64,000 bases of DNA from Flavobacteriales bacterium (GCA_040377305.1 JBEIPA010000002.1:128001-192000); one strand, 5' to 3'. Shown: positions 1 through 10,134, counted from the stretch's first letter. Notes: generated by a model from the letters alone, not told the origin. Program-made: numbers and translations.

Positions 1-836
1 TGTGTTGTAGAGAATGCAGCTACGAACAAGTTCGCAACGTACTTATCTCCTGAAAGAACGTAAGATGTTGGAGCTACTACTTTCGCAGCGAGTGTATCGA
101 ACTTAAAGTCGTTCTTAGATACAGAGCTCAAAAGTTCGTTTACTACTTCACCTTCTGCGTTCTTGATATCAACCTGCATACGCGTGAGGTTAGCCAACAT
201 TGCAACGATCGGCATGTGATAGAAGTTATACCACTCCCAACTCACATACTTTTCTTCGCTCTGGTGATACTGATCACCACAAGAAAATGCTTCAAGCTGA
301 TTCTTCAATTCCGACTGTTGCTCAGGGCTCATCTGTGCATTGAGGAACTTCTTGTAATCAAGAAGTTTCGTTTTCAATTCAGCGGCTTTCCCTGTAACGT
401 TTGACGGATCTGATCCGATCATGTAGTTCGTTGGAACATCATAATCATCCGGTTTAGAAATGAGGACAGAACGAAGCGTGTCGCCTACTTTCTTCTCTGC
501 TTCACCCGCGCCAACGCCAAATTCAACCTGAGTTTTCAGTTCGCCTTTGAGAGTCTGGATGTAATCAGAGAGTTTCTTAGACTCTGCTTTCACTAACTGA
601 GCCTTGTCAAATAAAGGCTTAGTCTTCTTTTCATCATTCAACATTGCAAGGTCGAACTGTGTATAAAGAATACCGTTCTTGTTGTCAATGCCCTTGGTAG
701 TCTCAATCAAGCCCGTTTCGATTACGACGAAGGACAAGATGATCTCCTTAGATATGTTCAGGGCCAGAAGTGCGGTGAGTACGAGGTACATCATACCGAT
801 CATCTTCTGCCTTGGTGACTGTTTTCCACCTGCCAT
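1..836 (-). CDS. gldM: Gliding motility/T9SS motor protein GldM (PorM), 5' part; truncated by window edge
   Basis: Not in the ORF track. Manual translation from ATG at 836 gives MAGGKQSPRQKMIGMMYLVLTALLALNISKEI (GldM N-terminal signature) and later SWEWYNFYHMPIVAML in the same frame; lies directly downstream of gldL. Confidence 0.95.
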   Translation of the reverse strand, partial: MAGGKQSPRQKMIGMMYLVLTALLALNISKEIILSFVVIETGLIETTKGIDNKNGILYTQFDLAMLNDEKKTKPLFDKAQLVKAESKKLSDYIQTLKGELKTQVEFGVGAGEAEKKVGDTLRSVLISKPDDYDVPTNYMIGSDPSNVTGKAAELKTKLLDYKKFLNAQMSPEQQSELKNQLEAFSCGDQYHQSEEKYVSWEWYNFYHMPIVAMLANLTRMQVDIKNAEGEVVNELLSSVSKNDFKFDTLAAKVVAPTSYVLSGDKYVANLFVAAFSTT

Positions 837-878
837 TTAGAGTATCCTCCTTATGTTATTGTTAGGCAATACTGTTAA

Positions 879-1742
879 TTAACGGCGAACGTTCATCGCA
901 GTGAGCATGTTGCCATACACTGTGTTGAGTTGTTCGAGGTTAGAAGCGAGGTTGTTGATCTCACTGCGGTAGCGACGAGTATCATCCATAGATTCATTGA
1001 GGTTACCAAGAATGCTCTGGATTCCTTCGTACAACGTGTTCGTAGCTTTGAGGTGTTCGTTAGACCCCTGCAATTGCAACTCGTAAGCTGCGTTAAGTGC
1101 AGAAAGGTTTTTCGAAACTTTTCCAAGCTGTTCACTGTAGTTAGAAGCTTCATCGTTTGCAACTGAGAAAGACTCGAGCGTTTTCGAAGCGCGCGTGTAT
1201 GCAGTAGCCAACTGGTCAACGGAAGAACTAACGCTTTCGTTCGCACGATCGTAAGCCTGCGCAAGACGATCAACAGTTCCTGATGCTTTGTTCATGTTTG
1301 CAGAAAACTCCTGCGACGCAACACTAGCATCAGTAAGCTCACCGATCTTGGTTACGCTGTCGCTGAGGTTACGCATTCCCTGACCAAGACTTTCCAGAAG
1401 ATCCGGACCAATCTTAGCCTCTTCAAGCATCTTGTCGAGCTGGTTTGTCAACGGATCTCCGCTAACTCCACCTACAAGCTCCTTCGCTTTGTTCTCGTCA
1501 TTCATTCCCGCAAGTTCCGGGTACACCAAAGTCCAGTCGTACTCTTCATGAATCGGTTCGAAGGCCGAGAAAATAAAGATAACCGCCTCTGTTCCGAGAC
1601 CTACAATCAACATAAGACCTGCTCCAGGCCAGTGTTGAATTTTAAAGAGTGCGCCGACGATTACGACTGCTGCACCGAAGCCATATAGCTTCGCCATGAA
1701 GCCCTTCCACTTCTTACTTGCAAAAAAACTGTTACCGCTCAT
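879..1742 (-). CDS. gldL: Gliding motility protein GldL (PorL)
   Basis: N-terminal MAKLYGFGAAVVIVGALFKIQHWPGA...GLGTEAVIF two-TM signature; C-terminal LNTVYGNMLTAM; between gldK and gldM. Confidence 0.96.
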   Translation of the reverse strand: MSGNSFFASKKWKGFMAKLYGFGAAVVIVGALFKIQHWPGAGLMLIVGLGTEAVIFIFSAFEPIHEEYDWTLVYPELAGMNDENKAKELVGGVSGDPLTNQLDKMLEEAKIGPDLLESLGQGMRNLSDSVTKIGELTDASVASQEFSANMNKASGTVDRLAQAYDRANESVSSSVDQLATAYTRASKTLESFSVANDEASNYSEQLGKVSKNLSALNAAYELQLQGSNEHLKATNTLYEGIQSILGNLNESMDDTRRYRSEINNLASNLEQLNTVYGNMLTAMNVRR

Positions 1743-1808
1743 TGTTTGTGCTTGTTTGGTTGGTTAAGGAAACAGAAAAAAAATTATTGTGATTCTGGGA
1801 TTACGGTT

Positions 1809-3245
1809 CTATAGGTCATCATCCTTCGAACGACCTAAGAAGGTCATTACACAGCGGAATCCAACGTAACACTTAGCAGTATCCTGGTACTCGTAAGTAC
1901 GTGATGAATTCTGAAGATAGAATCCAACGTCTTTCCAAGAACCACCACGGATAACCTTACGGCAAAGCACAGGGATTTGCTCGTCGGCTACAGTAGTTTC
2001 ATACTGATAGTCAGGGTTGAGGTCATGCATGAAATCGTATGCAGACTCATCGAACGCGTTGTTTGTCCACTCAGCTGCGTTACCAGCCATACAGTAGAAG
2101 CCCCAGTCGTTCGGGTTGTAAGAGAAAATCTTTACCGTGTGGAATCCACCGTCATCGATGTACGAACCGCGCATTGGTTTGAAGTTTCCTAAGAAACAAC
2201 CACGTGCGTTACGGATGTATGGACCGCCCCAAGGGAATGGGTTCAGTTGCAGACCACCGCGAGCAGCATATTCCCACTCAGATTCAGTTGGAAGACGGAA
2301 ATCCTGAACCGTTACTTCATCGTTAGAACGAAGGAAGTTATTCAGAAGAAGCGTTCTCCAGATTGTGAATGCACGAGCCTGTTTCCATGTTACACCTACC
2401 ACCGGATAGTCATCGTATGCCGGGTGCCAGAAGTACATGTTTGTCATTGGCTCGTTGAATGAATACGTAAAATCATGGATCCACGCGAGCGTATCCGGAT
2501 AAACGTTGATGACATCTTTGATGATAAACACAGAACGGTTAACGCCATTAACCTGTCTGTTACGTTTAGTAACATCATAAGATCCTTGCTCACGGGTTGG
2601 GAATACACGTCCGTCAGCGTCTGGTTTTTCAGTCTTCGGCTTGTAACGGTTCGACTTGGAAGCAGCGAGCTTCATATCGATGCGGTAGTACTCATAAATG
2701 AGCTTACGTGCATCTACATCCTTACGGCTGTAGAAACGTTCTTCGATAGGAATGTACAGGTCGTTCAGAGCAGCCTTGTAGTCAGGATCTGTTTCATCCC
2801 AACGAATCTTTTCCAGCCAGTTGAGTGGACGGTACGGATCCTGAGGATAATCCTCGTCGATGTACAAAGGACCATTGTCCTCGTAGCCGATCCAGTCCTC
2901 TTCAGCAATTAGGTACTCTTCTTCAAACTCACTTGACAGCAAACGGCGAGCGATCGAATCGCGCACATAATACACGAACTGACGATACTCGTTGTTCGAG
3001 ATCTCCGTCTGGTCCATGTAGAATGCCTGTACCGATACAGTCTTTGATTTGGTTGTGTGGGCATACGGAATATCCTCGTCTGACGGTCCCATATTGTAGC
3101 TGCCCATAGGACAGTACAGCATTCCGAACGGATCAAACGGATACCATGCCGGGCGGTTCTGCACACCAATCAACTGTCCATTCTCCGTAGAACACGAAGT
3201 GAACAATACCATGGCGAGAACGCCTGCGAACAACAGTCTTTTCAT
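1809..3245 (-). CDS. gldK: Gliding motility lipoprotein GldK (PorK), FGE-sulfatase fold
   Basis: Lipobox LFTSC; motifs FYMDQTEISN, YFWHPAYDDYPVVGV, RLPTESEWEYAARGG, RGGSWKD; operon position. Confidence 0.95.
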   Translation of the reverse strand: MKRLLFAGVLAMVLFTSCSTENGQLIGVQNRPAWYPFDPFGMLYCPMGSYNMGPSDEDIPYAHTTKSKTVSVQAFYMDQTEISNNEYRQFVYYVRDSIARRLLSSEFEEEYLIAEEDWIGYEDNGPLYIDEDYPQDPYRPLNWLEKIRWDETDPDYKAALNDLYIPIEERFYSRKDVDARKLIYEYYRIDMKLAASKSNRYKPKTEKPDADGRVFPTREQGSYDVTKRNRQVNGVNRSVFIIKDVINVYPDTLAWIHDFTYSFNEPMTNMYFWHPAYDDYPVVGVTWKQARAFTIWRTLLLNNFLRSNDEVTVQDFRLPTESEWEYAARGGLQLNPFPWGGPYIRNARGCFLGNFKPMRGSYIDDGGFHTVKIFSYNPNDWGFYCMAGNAAEWTNNAFDESAYDFMHDLNPDYQYETTVADEQIPVLCRKVIRGGSWKDVGFYLQNSSRTYEYQDTAKCYVGFRCVMTFLGRSKDDDL

Positions 3246-3440
3246 TTTTGCCTCCTTTGGTTTCCCTTAGTAGTTGTATTAGTTGTTTTCCTTGCCAGGT
3301 AGACTAATAACGGAACAATCTTTCCCGAAATTGTTCCTTGTCGAATAAAATCACTGCAATTTCCGGCAGTGATTCAAACAACAATGTTTTTAGCGTTAAC
3401 TGGGCTTTTCCTTAGTTGTTAAGCGTAATGATTATCTGGT

Positions 3441-4421
3441 CTAGTCAAAAATTCGTACGTCACCGTGACGCTCTGTCTTCGTCGGAAACTTGATCGGATG
3501 ACAGTAGTTGAGGAACAACTCGAATGATCCATTGTTGTAATCACCGAGGTTAGATGTAGTGTAGTCGTAAGCGAATCCAACTTTCAGACCGCCGTTTTCA
3601 CCAATGATATCATCAGGCATCTGGAAACCTACCATCGGGCAGATCGCATCCTGGAAACGGTAAGAAGCACCGAACCAGAACTGTTGGTTAAACATTGCAA
3701 TAACGTTCACGTCAAATGATGTAACTGTTGCATCAGACTTCACGAGGAATGATGGGCGAATTTCCCAGGTATTTCCTTGCATAAGTGTAACTCCACCAGT
3801 GATCCAGTAGTGACGTGCCATTTGATAAATCAAGGTGTGGTTCACTGGTCCTACAGGTGTAGTGCCATCATCAACAGTTGAAGCACTTAAGTGCGTTGAT
3901 GAAATTCCGAACCACATGTTCTGACGCTGATACCAAAGGCCGAAACCTACGTCGAATACAGTTTTCTTAAGCTGTGGTGGAACTGAAGGATCGTTCTGCC
4001 AGTTGGTAGTAGCTACCCAAGACTGTGTTCCTGTTGGTCCAAGTGTCTTAGAAGATGCACCAAGCTCAACACCGATTCCCAGTGTTCCGCCGCCAATATT
4101 ATTCAGGTGGAACGAGTATGCAAGGCGGTAAGCCATTGTTTGCTCGAATCCGAGTTTATCATACATAATGTTAAGACCAACACCACCACGAAGCTGCGGC
4201 GTGAAAGCATCGACTGAAAGAACACCACTCTGAGGTGAGCCATCGAAACCAGACCACTGCTGGCGCGCAATTAGAGTTCCGCACAATGCCTGACGCATGC
4301 CTGCGTATGCAGGGTTCATGAACATTTTGTTGTGCATGTACTGCGAAAACTGCGGATCCTGCTGAGCAAAAGCTGCGGATGTCCCCAGTGCAAATGCAAT
4401 AATCGTAAGGGTTCTTTTCAT
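3441..4421 (-). CDS. porP: PorP/SprF family T9SS outer-membrane beta-barrel (copy 1)
   Basis: Signal peptide then QQDPQFSQYM..NPAYAG, RQQWSGFDGSP, C-terminal GFAYDYTTS..NNGSFE; upstream of gldK. Confidence 0.9.
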   Translation of the reverse strand: MKRTLTIIAFALGTSAAFAQQDPQFSQYMHNKMFMNPAYAGMRQALCGTLIARQQWSGFDGSPQSGVLSVDAFTPQLRGGVGLNIMYDKLGFEQTMAYRLAYSFHLNNIGGGTLGIGVELGASSKTLGPTGTQSWVATTNWQNDPSVPPQLKKTVFDVGFGLWYQRQNMWFGISSTHLSASTVDDGTTPVGPVNHTLIYQMARHYWITGGVTLMQGNTWEIRPSFLVKSDATVTSFDVNVIAMFNQQFWFGASYRFQDAICPMVGFQMPDDIIGENGGLKVGFAYDYTTSNLGDYNNGSFELFLNYCHPIKFPTKTERHGDVRIFD

Positions 4422-4743
4422 AGTTATATAGCTATTAACCCAATCGTCTTCCTCAAAACGGTCGGTTCACTAGGTCGCTAAGATATGTAAACATTTTCTA
4501 TCCACAAATCTTTTTTAACCCCATCCTGTTCACAACCTCGCACCTGGCATCGGCGAAATTGGTTCAGAATGGGGTTTTTGAACTGTTTCCTAGGTATATA
4601 ACCATGAACCGGACAAAAGATACCTCGCACAATGCACGAAAGTCAAATTGTTGATTTTCAGCCGATTAATCTGACGAAATAAATGAGGTTTTCGTCGTAA
4701 AATCTGCGAAATCTGAGTTTAAACCGTGGTGTCAGGAACCCTA

Positions 4744-5787
4744 TTATTCAAAAAGCCGAACGTCTCCTCCTCCACCAATCGGTTTCGACCAGGGAATGCA
4801 ATAATTCACGAAGAGTTCGAACGTGCCGTTGTTGTATGCATTGAGATTAGAAATCGTGTAATCGTATGCGAAGCCTACGCGTAGCATTTGAGTTTTAATT
4901 CGTCCGCCACCTGCACCTAAGCGTCCATCGTAAGAGTCCTTACCGTTAGCGCCGCTGGTATTTTTTTCACTGATCCAATTGAAACCAATCATCGGACAGA
5001 TTGCATCTTCGTGACGATACGATGCACCGAACCAGATTTTATCATTGTAAAGCGCAGTGAAATTTAAATCAAATGACGTTACTGTTGCATCGGATTTCAC
5101 AAGGAAAGATGGTTGCAACTTCCAGTTTCGCATTGGGTGATTGTATCCGCCGGTGATGAAGTAATGATGTGCAGCCTGGTACAACATTGGGTGCGGCGTG
5201 TTATTCACAAATGCAATTCCTCCGTTGAATTGCTGTGCAGATAAATGCGTCGAAGAAATTCCGAACCACATATTTTCGCGCTCATACCACAGGCCAGCAC
5301 CAAAATCTATTTTACTTGCTTTTAGTTGCGGTGGAACTGATGGATCAGTTGTCCAGTTGGTAGTGGATACCCACGATTGCGATCCTGTTGGTCCGATCGT
5401 TTTCGTCATACCTCCGCCTTCAATACCGATTCCGAGTGTTCCACCGAGAACATCTTCGATGTGAAAAGAATAGTTGATGCGGTATGCAAGATTCTTTTCA
5501 AAGCCAAGCTGATCGTAAAGGAAATTGACACCTACACCGCCGCGCAAACTTTCTGCATACCAATCGCCGGAGAAAACTCCCGAGCGTGGTGAACCATCGA
5601 AGCCTGCCCATTGCTGACGCATGATACCGGTGAAGCAGATTGCATGTTTCATTCCGGCATAACCGGGATTCATAAAAAGCTTGTTGTACATGTACTGCGA
5701 GAAATGCGGATCCTGTTGTGCGTTCAATCCAACAGTTGCAGTTCCGAAAAGGCATAGGAATGCCAGGTGAGTGAAAATGTGTTTCAT
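4744..5787 (-). CDS. PorP/SprF family T9SS outer-membrane beta-barrel (copy 2)
   Basis: QQDPHFSQYMYNKLFMNPGYAG, RQQWAGFDGSP, GFAYDYTIS..NNGTFE; closely similar to 3441..4421. Confidence 0.9.
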   Translation of the reverse strand: MKHIFTHLAFLCLFGTATVGLNAQQDPHFSQYMYNKLFMNPGYAGMKHAICFTGIMRQQWAGFDGSPRSGVFSGDWYAESLRGGVGVNFLYDQLGFEKNLAYRINYSFHIEDVLGGTLGIGIEGGGMTKTIGPTGSQSWVSTTNWTTDPSVPPQLKASKIDFGAGLWYERENMWFGISSTHLSAQQFNGGIAFVNNTPHPMLYQAAHHYFITGGYNHPMRNWKLQPSFLVKSDATVTSFDLNFTALYNDKIWFGASYRHEDAICPMIGFNWISEKNTSGANGKDSYDGRLGAGGGRIKTQMLRVGFAYDYTISNLNAYNNGTFELFVNYCIPWSKPIGGGGDVRLFE

Positions 5788-5872
5788 CGCGAAGTGAGTT
5801 TAGTATGTAACCGATATTGCCTGACCGGTTTTGCATTTATAACACATGTCGCGCAAAAAGATACACGAGAAC

Positions 5873-5971
5873 AATTCCGAAATTTCGTATTCCGAAATTC
5901 TGGTGTTGTTAGTCAGAATGTTGTTGCAAAGATTAGTAATCGCGGAATTCGAAATCCGGAATCACGGAATC
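5873..5971. repeat. Inverted pair of short degenerate heptamer tracts (AATTCCG-like / CGGAATY-like)
   Basis: AATTCCG-A-AATTTCG-TATTCCG-A-AATTCTG at 5873-5902 and CGGAATT-CGAAATC-CGGAATC-A-CGGAATC at 5943-5971. Confidence 0.6.
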
Positions 5972-7160
5972 AGGAAAGCTTCTGGAAAGTCTGCCACCAC
6001 TTGTCCGGCATTTCTTCTTCGCAGGCGAGTTGGTAATCGTCGTAGGTGCAAGGGACGAGTGCGTGACGTTCGAAACGGGTTTTCTGGGAAGTCGGATAAG
6101 GGACTTCCATCCACCAGCGGTCGCTGCGATTGCTTTTGAAGAAAATGATTTCGTGCTTGTGGTCCTTAAGGAAAACACGGTAGCGCGTGTAGTTGCTTGT
6201 ATCGCTGAACGGAAAATCTTTTTTGCGATTGTAGAAACCGTCGACGAAACACCAGATCATTTGTGCGGCGAGTTCGGAAGTCGTTCCGTTGTGATCAATG
6301 ACCGGATTCAATTCGTAAATGCCGAATGAAGAACACTTGTCGCTGATGCCCGCGTAACGCGCGAGCTGACAGGCTTCATCGCCGGTGAAACCATTGGCGG
6401 AAGAGAAACCACAGCCGGGTGCATCGGAGCGACGGACTGCGGACATATCGAAGCTGAAAAGATCGGCGTTGCGAATAATTGGTTCAACGTTCGCGAGATT
6501 TTCACGGCACACTCCGAGACGGTGCACATCGAAATTCAATTTGCCCATGAGCTCAATTGCAGATTGCTCGACGAAGTAAGTCTGATAGCCGATCGCAGAA
6601 AAGTTGAACAGAAAATTCGGTTGGTGCAGAATGATTTTATTGAGCCATGCCTGGGAATTGTATTCATCGGAACCAATACCAAGATCGAAACGCGGATCGA
6701 CACTCACGAGGTTTATGGTTTGTTCAATTGATTCGTAACCGAGATACTGCGCGTATGTGAGATTGTGTCCGCCACCGATAACGATTGGGATAATATTCGC
6801 ACGCAACAATGAACCGATCACCGTTTTAATTGCGAAGTCCGTATCCTTCGGTGTTTCTCCCATGAAAATATTTCCGAGGTCGGCGAACTTCACATTCCAG
6901 TCGCCCTGATACAAGCGATAAAACTGTTTGCGGATTTCATCGGGGCATTTTGCACAACCCAAATTGCCGACAGCGAGTCGATCTTCCTGCACGCCGATCA
7001 ATGCGAAGTGACAATCGGAAATATCAGGCCAACCCCGATCCATTCGATTTGCAACGACGGCACTGCCCATCTGCGAACTCGCGTAAGGGCGACCTTCGGA
7101 TATTTCTGTTACATCGATTGATCTGAAAAAGTCTGTAAAGTCGAGATTCACTTCTGCCAT
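5970..7160 (-). CDS. Arginase/formimidoylglutamase family protein
   Basis: ADLGNI, IGGGHNLT, VDPRFD, SFDMSAV..DAPG, NGF, YELNP are ureohydrolase-fold motifs; extra C-terminal domain. Confidence 0.85.
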   Translation of the reverse strand: MAEVNLDFTDFFRSIDVTEISEGRPYASSQMGSAVVANRMDRGWPDISDCHFALIGVQEDRLAVGNLGCAKCPDEIRKQFYRLYQGDWNVKFADLGNIFMGETPKDTDFAIKTVIGSLLRANIIPIVIGGGHNLTYAQYLGYESIEQTINLVSVDPRFDLGIGSDEYNSQAWLNKIILHQPNFLFNFSAIGYQTYFVEQSAIELMGKLNFDVHRLGVCRENLANVEPIIRNADLFSFDMSAVRRSDAPGCGFSSANGFTGDEACQLARYAGISDKCSSFGIYELNPVIDHNGTTSELAAQMIWCFVDGFYNRKKDFPFSDTSNYTRYRVFLKDHKHEIIFFKSNRSDRWWMEVPYPTSQKTRFERHALVPCTYDDYQLACEEEMPDKWWQTFQKLS

Positions 7161-7238
7161 TGTTTGACGGTTTGTTCAAAGATGGGATACATGAGCGTTA
7201 CATCCTTTTTGCTAATCGAAAGTTGTCAACGATTGACC

Positions 7239-7266
7239 GTTCACAGTTCCAGGTTCTAAGTTCTAG
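7239..7266. repeat. Four tandem degenerate heptamers GTTCNNR
   Basis: GTTCACA GTTCCAG GTTCTAA GTTCTAG. Confidence 0.65.
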
Positions 7267-7294
7267 GTAAAAAAATGAGTGGCGCGTTGGCACT

Positions 7295-7330
7295 AAAAAA
7301 GTTCACCGTTCCGGAAATCCGAAACGGTGA
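7295..7330 (-). terminator. Intrinsic terminator after topA
   Basis: Minus strand TCACCGTTTCGG-ATTT-CCGGAACGGTGA followed by ACTTTTTT. Confidence 0.8.
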
Positions 7331-7351
7331 TATACTACACAACATTAAACG

Positions 7352-10021
7352 TTATCGCTTTTTAGCTGCCTTTGCTTTTTTCGAAGCGCCTTTCCGTACA
7401 ACCGTCTTTGTTCCCACCGATGGTGCTTTTAATTTGGCAGGGAATGATCGTTTTGCGGCAGCCTTTTTCGCTGGTGCTTTTGCTCCTTTTTTCGCAGCTC
7501 CTTTTTTCGCGACACCTTTCTTCGCTCCTTTTTTGTCGAACGCTCCAGGCTTCTGATCCACGATCATCTTTTTCACTTCTTCCAGAGAAAGTTCTGCAAC
7601 GTCCTCCGGTGTGAATCTATCCCCTTTTGCAGTGCGGCCAAGTTTCAGCATGTCTTTGCCAAAGCGGATAAAAGGACCCCAGCGACCATTTTCAAGTGCA
7701 ATTTTCTCCTCCGGCCATTGTTGGATAAAGCGATTTGCTTCCTTCTCGAGCTTCTTGTCGATGAGTTCGCCGATGTCCTTCTGAGAAAGATTATCGTAAT
7801 CGTATGCCTTCGGGATATTGATGAAAAGTTCGTTGTACTTGATGAACGGACCGAAACGACCCTTGCCTTTTGTTACGGGCAAACCTTTGTATTCCGCTAT
7901 CGGAGCATCTGCAACTTCTTTCAGCTGCACAAGTTCAATGGCCCGCTCCGGAGTTATTTTCATTGGATCTTCACCGCGCGGAATGGAAATATATTGTTCG
8001 CCCCACTTCACATACGGACCGAAGCGACCGATGCCGATAATCATTTCTTTCTCTTTGTAATTTCCTACGGCGCGCGGAAGCTTGAAGAGTTCCATTGCAT
8101 CTTCGAACGTAATTGTTTCGAGACGCATGTCTTTACGCAAGCTTGCGAATTTCTTCTCGGGATCTTCGCTATCGCCAATCTGTACAAGCGGACCGAATCG
8201 TCCGATGCGCACGAATACGCGCTTGCCGGTTACGGGATCAACTCCGAGTTCACGCTCGCCACTTGCACGCTCTGAAGATTCTGTCTTCTCCACATCGCTG
8301 TGAAAAGGACGATAGAACGACTCGAGCATCTTTTTCCAGTTCACTTTTCCTTCAGCAATTTCATCGAACTCCTCCTCTACTGATGCAGTGAAGTGATAGT
8401 CCATGATTTTCGGAAAATGTTCCTGTAGAAAATCGGTCACAACCATTCCGATATCACTCGGAAACAATTTATTTTTTTCCGCACCTGTATTTTCAGTACG
8501 CACTTCTTCGTTGATTTTTCCACCAGCGAGTGTGAGTACGTCGTAATTTCTTGGTTTGCCTTCACGCTCTTCCTTCACCACGTATCCACGATCCTGAACT
8601 GTAGAAATCGTTGGAGCATACGTTGATGGTCGGCCGATACCCAGTTCTTCCAGCTTTTTCACAAGCGCAGCTTCCGTGTAACGTGCCGGGTGATGTGTGT
8701 AACGCTGAGTGGCTGTGATAGAATGTGAAGTCAATGCTTGTCCTGTTTTCAACGCAGGCAACATTGCTTCCGAATTTTCTTTTCCATCATCGGCCATATC
8801 TTCATCATCCGAAGATTCCATGTACACCGCGAGAAAACCATCGAACTTGATTACTTCACCTTGCGCCACGAAAGTTTCAGATGCACCGGATACAGCGATA
8901 ACCGCAGTTGTTTTTTCCAACTCGGCTTCTGCCATCTGAGAAGCCACTGTGCGTTTCCAGATGAGATCGTACAAACGTTGTTCGTCACGTTCACCATCAA
9001 CAGAATTTTGCTCGAGATACGTAGGTCGAATTGCTTCGTGGGCCTCTTGTGCACCTTTACTCTTGGTCTTGTAGTGACGGATATTCACATACTTCGCGCC
9101 GTACATTTTGGTTACGACTTCCTTCGCTTTTTCGAGTGCGATTTCAGAAAGGTTTACGGAATCGGTACGCATGTAAGTGATCTTTCCGCTTTCGTACAAA
9201 CGTTGCGCTACCACCATCGTACGCTTCGGAGAGAATCCAAGTTTACGTGATGCATCCTGCTGTAAAGTCGAAGTCGTAAACGGAGCTGAAGGAGATTTAC
9301 GCGCAGGTTTTGTTTCGAGAGAAGTAACACTGAACGTCGATTTCGAACATGCCTGAAGGAATGCACGAGCTTCTTCAATCGTTTTGAAATTCGAACGCAA
9401 TTCCGCTTTGAACTTCTGTCCACCACTCACGAAAATTGCAGAGACTTTATACGACGAAGTTGATTTGAACGACATCACTTCGCGTTCACGTTCAACAATC
9501 AATCGCACGGTAACACTTTGTACACGTCCTGCAGACAGTGAAGGTTTCACTTTCTTCCACAGAATTGGTGACAATTCGAAACCAACCAGTCGGTCGAGAA
9601 TGCGTCGCGCTTGTTGTGCATCAACCAGGTGTTTATCAATCTTTCTTGGTGAATCAATTGCCTTCAGGATTGCCGGTTTTGTGATCTCGTGGAACACAAT
9701 ACGACGCGTTTTTTTCTCGTCAAGATTCAATGCTTCCGAGAGGTGCCATGAAATAGCTTCTCCCTCCCGGTCCTCGTCCGTCGCGAGCCAGACAATGTCT
9801 GCTGCCTTCGCGAGTTTTTTGAGTTCGGCAATGACTCTTTCTTTATCAGGAGAAATCTCGTAAACAGGTGCAAATCCTTTGTCCGTATCCACCGCCATAC
9901 CCTTCTTCACAAGGTCACGTACATGACCAAAACTCGACTTTACGGTAAAGTCTTTTCCAAGGAAATTTTCAATCGTTTTTGCCTTTGCAGGCGACTCCAC
10001 AATCACTAGATTTTTAGCCAT
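7352..10021 (-). CDS. topA: DNA topoisomerase I
   Basis: Toprim LVIVESPAKAKTI, ATDEDREGEAI, SAGRVQS, active-site ITYMRTDS, QEAHEAIRPT, C-terminal GRFGP repeats and Lys/Ala tail. Confidence 0.98.
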   Translation of the reverse strand: MAKNLVIVESPAKAKTIENFLGKDFTVKSSFGHVRDLVKKGMAVDTDKGFAPVYEISPDKERVIAELKKLAKAADIVWLATDEDREGEAISWHLSEALNLDEKKTRRIVFHEITKPAILKAIDSPRKIDKHLVDAQQARRILDRLVGFELSPILWKKVKPSLSAGRVQSVTVRLIVEREREVMSFKSTSSYKVSAIFVSGGQKFKAELRSNFKTIEEARAFLQACSKSTFSVTSLETKPARKSPSAPFTTSTLQQDASRKLGFSPKRTMVVAQRLYESGKITYMRTDSVNLSEIALEKAKEVVTKMYGAKYVNIRHYKTKSKGAQEAHEAIRPTYLEQNSVDGERDEQRLYDLIWKRTVASQMAEAELEKTTAVIAVSGASETFVAQGEVIKFDGFLAVYMESSDDEDMADDGKENSEAMLPALKTGQALTSHSITATQRYTHHPARYTEAALVKKLEELGIGRPSTYAPTISTVQDRGYVVKEEREGKPRNYDVLTLAGGKINEEVRTENTGAEKNKLFPSDIGMVVTDFLQEHFPKIMDYHFTASVEEEFDEIAEGKVNWKKMLESFYRPFHSDVEKTESSERASGERELGVDPVTGKRVFVRIGRFGPLVQIGDSEDPEKKFASLRKDMRLETITFEDAMELFKLPRAVGNYKEKEMIIGIGRFGPYVKWGEQYISIPRGEDPMKITPERAIELVQLKEVADAPIAEYKGLPVTKGKGRFGPFIKYNELFINIPKAYDYDNLSQKDIGELIDKKLEKEANRFIQQWPEEKIALENGRWGPFIRFGKDMLKLGRTAKGDRFTPEDVAELSLEEVKKMIVDQKPGAFDKKGAKKGVAKKGAAKKGAKAPAKKAAAKRSFPAKLKAPSVGTKTVVRKGASKKAKAAKKR

Positions 10022-10134
10022 CAGCTCAATGCGTATTAGAATTCATGAAATTCAGCCGGATTTTCAAGACCGGAGGGTGCAAAGAAAACGCACTGGAACT
10101 CATTTTTCCAAATCCGACCTGCCTCAGACCCCCT

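Noticed and set aside
4499-4535. DnaA-box-like CTATCCACA and CTGTTCACA upstream of porP
   Set aside because: Mismatched and too few to suggest oriC.
7352-7540. Lys/Ala-rich histone-like tail of TopA
   Set aside because: Known feature of TopA proteins with Topo_C repeats.
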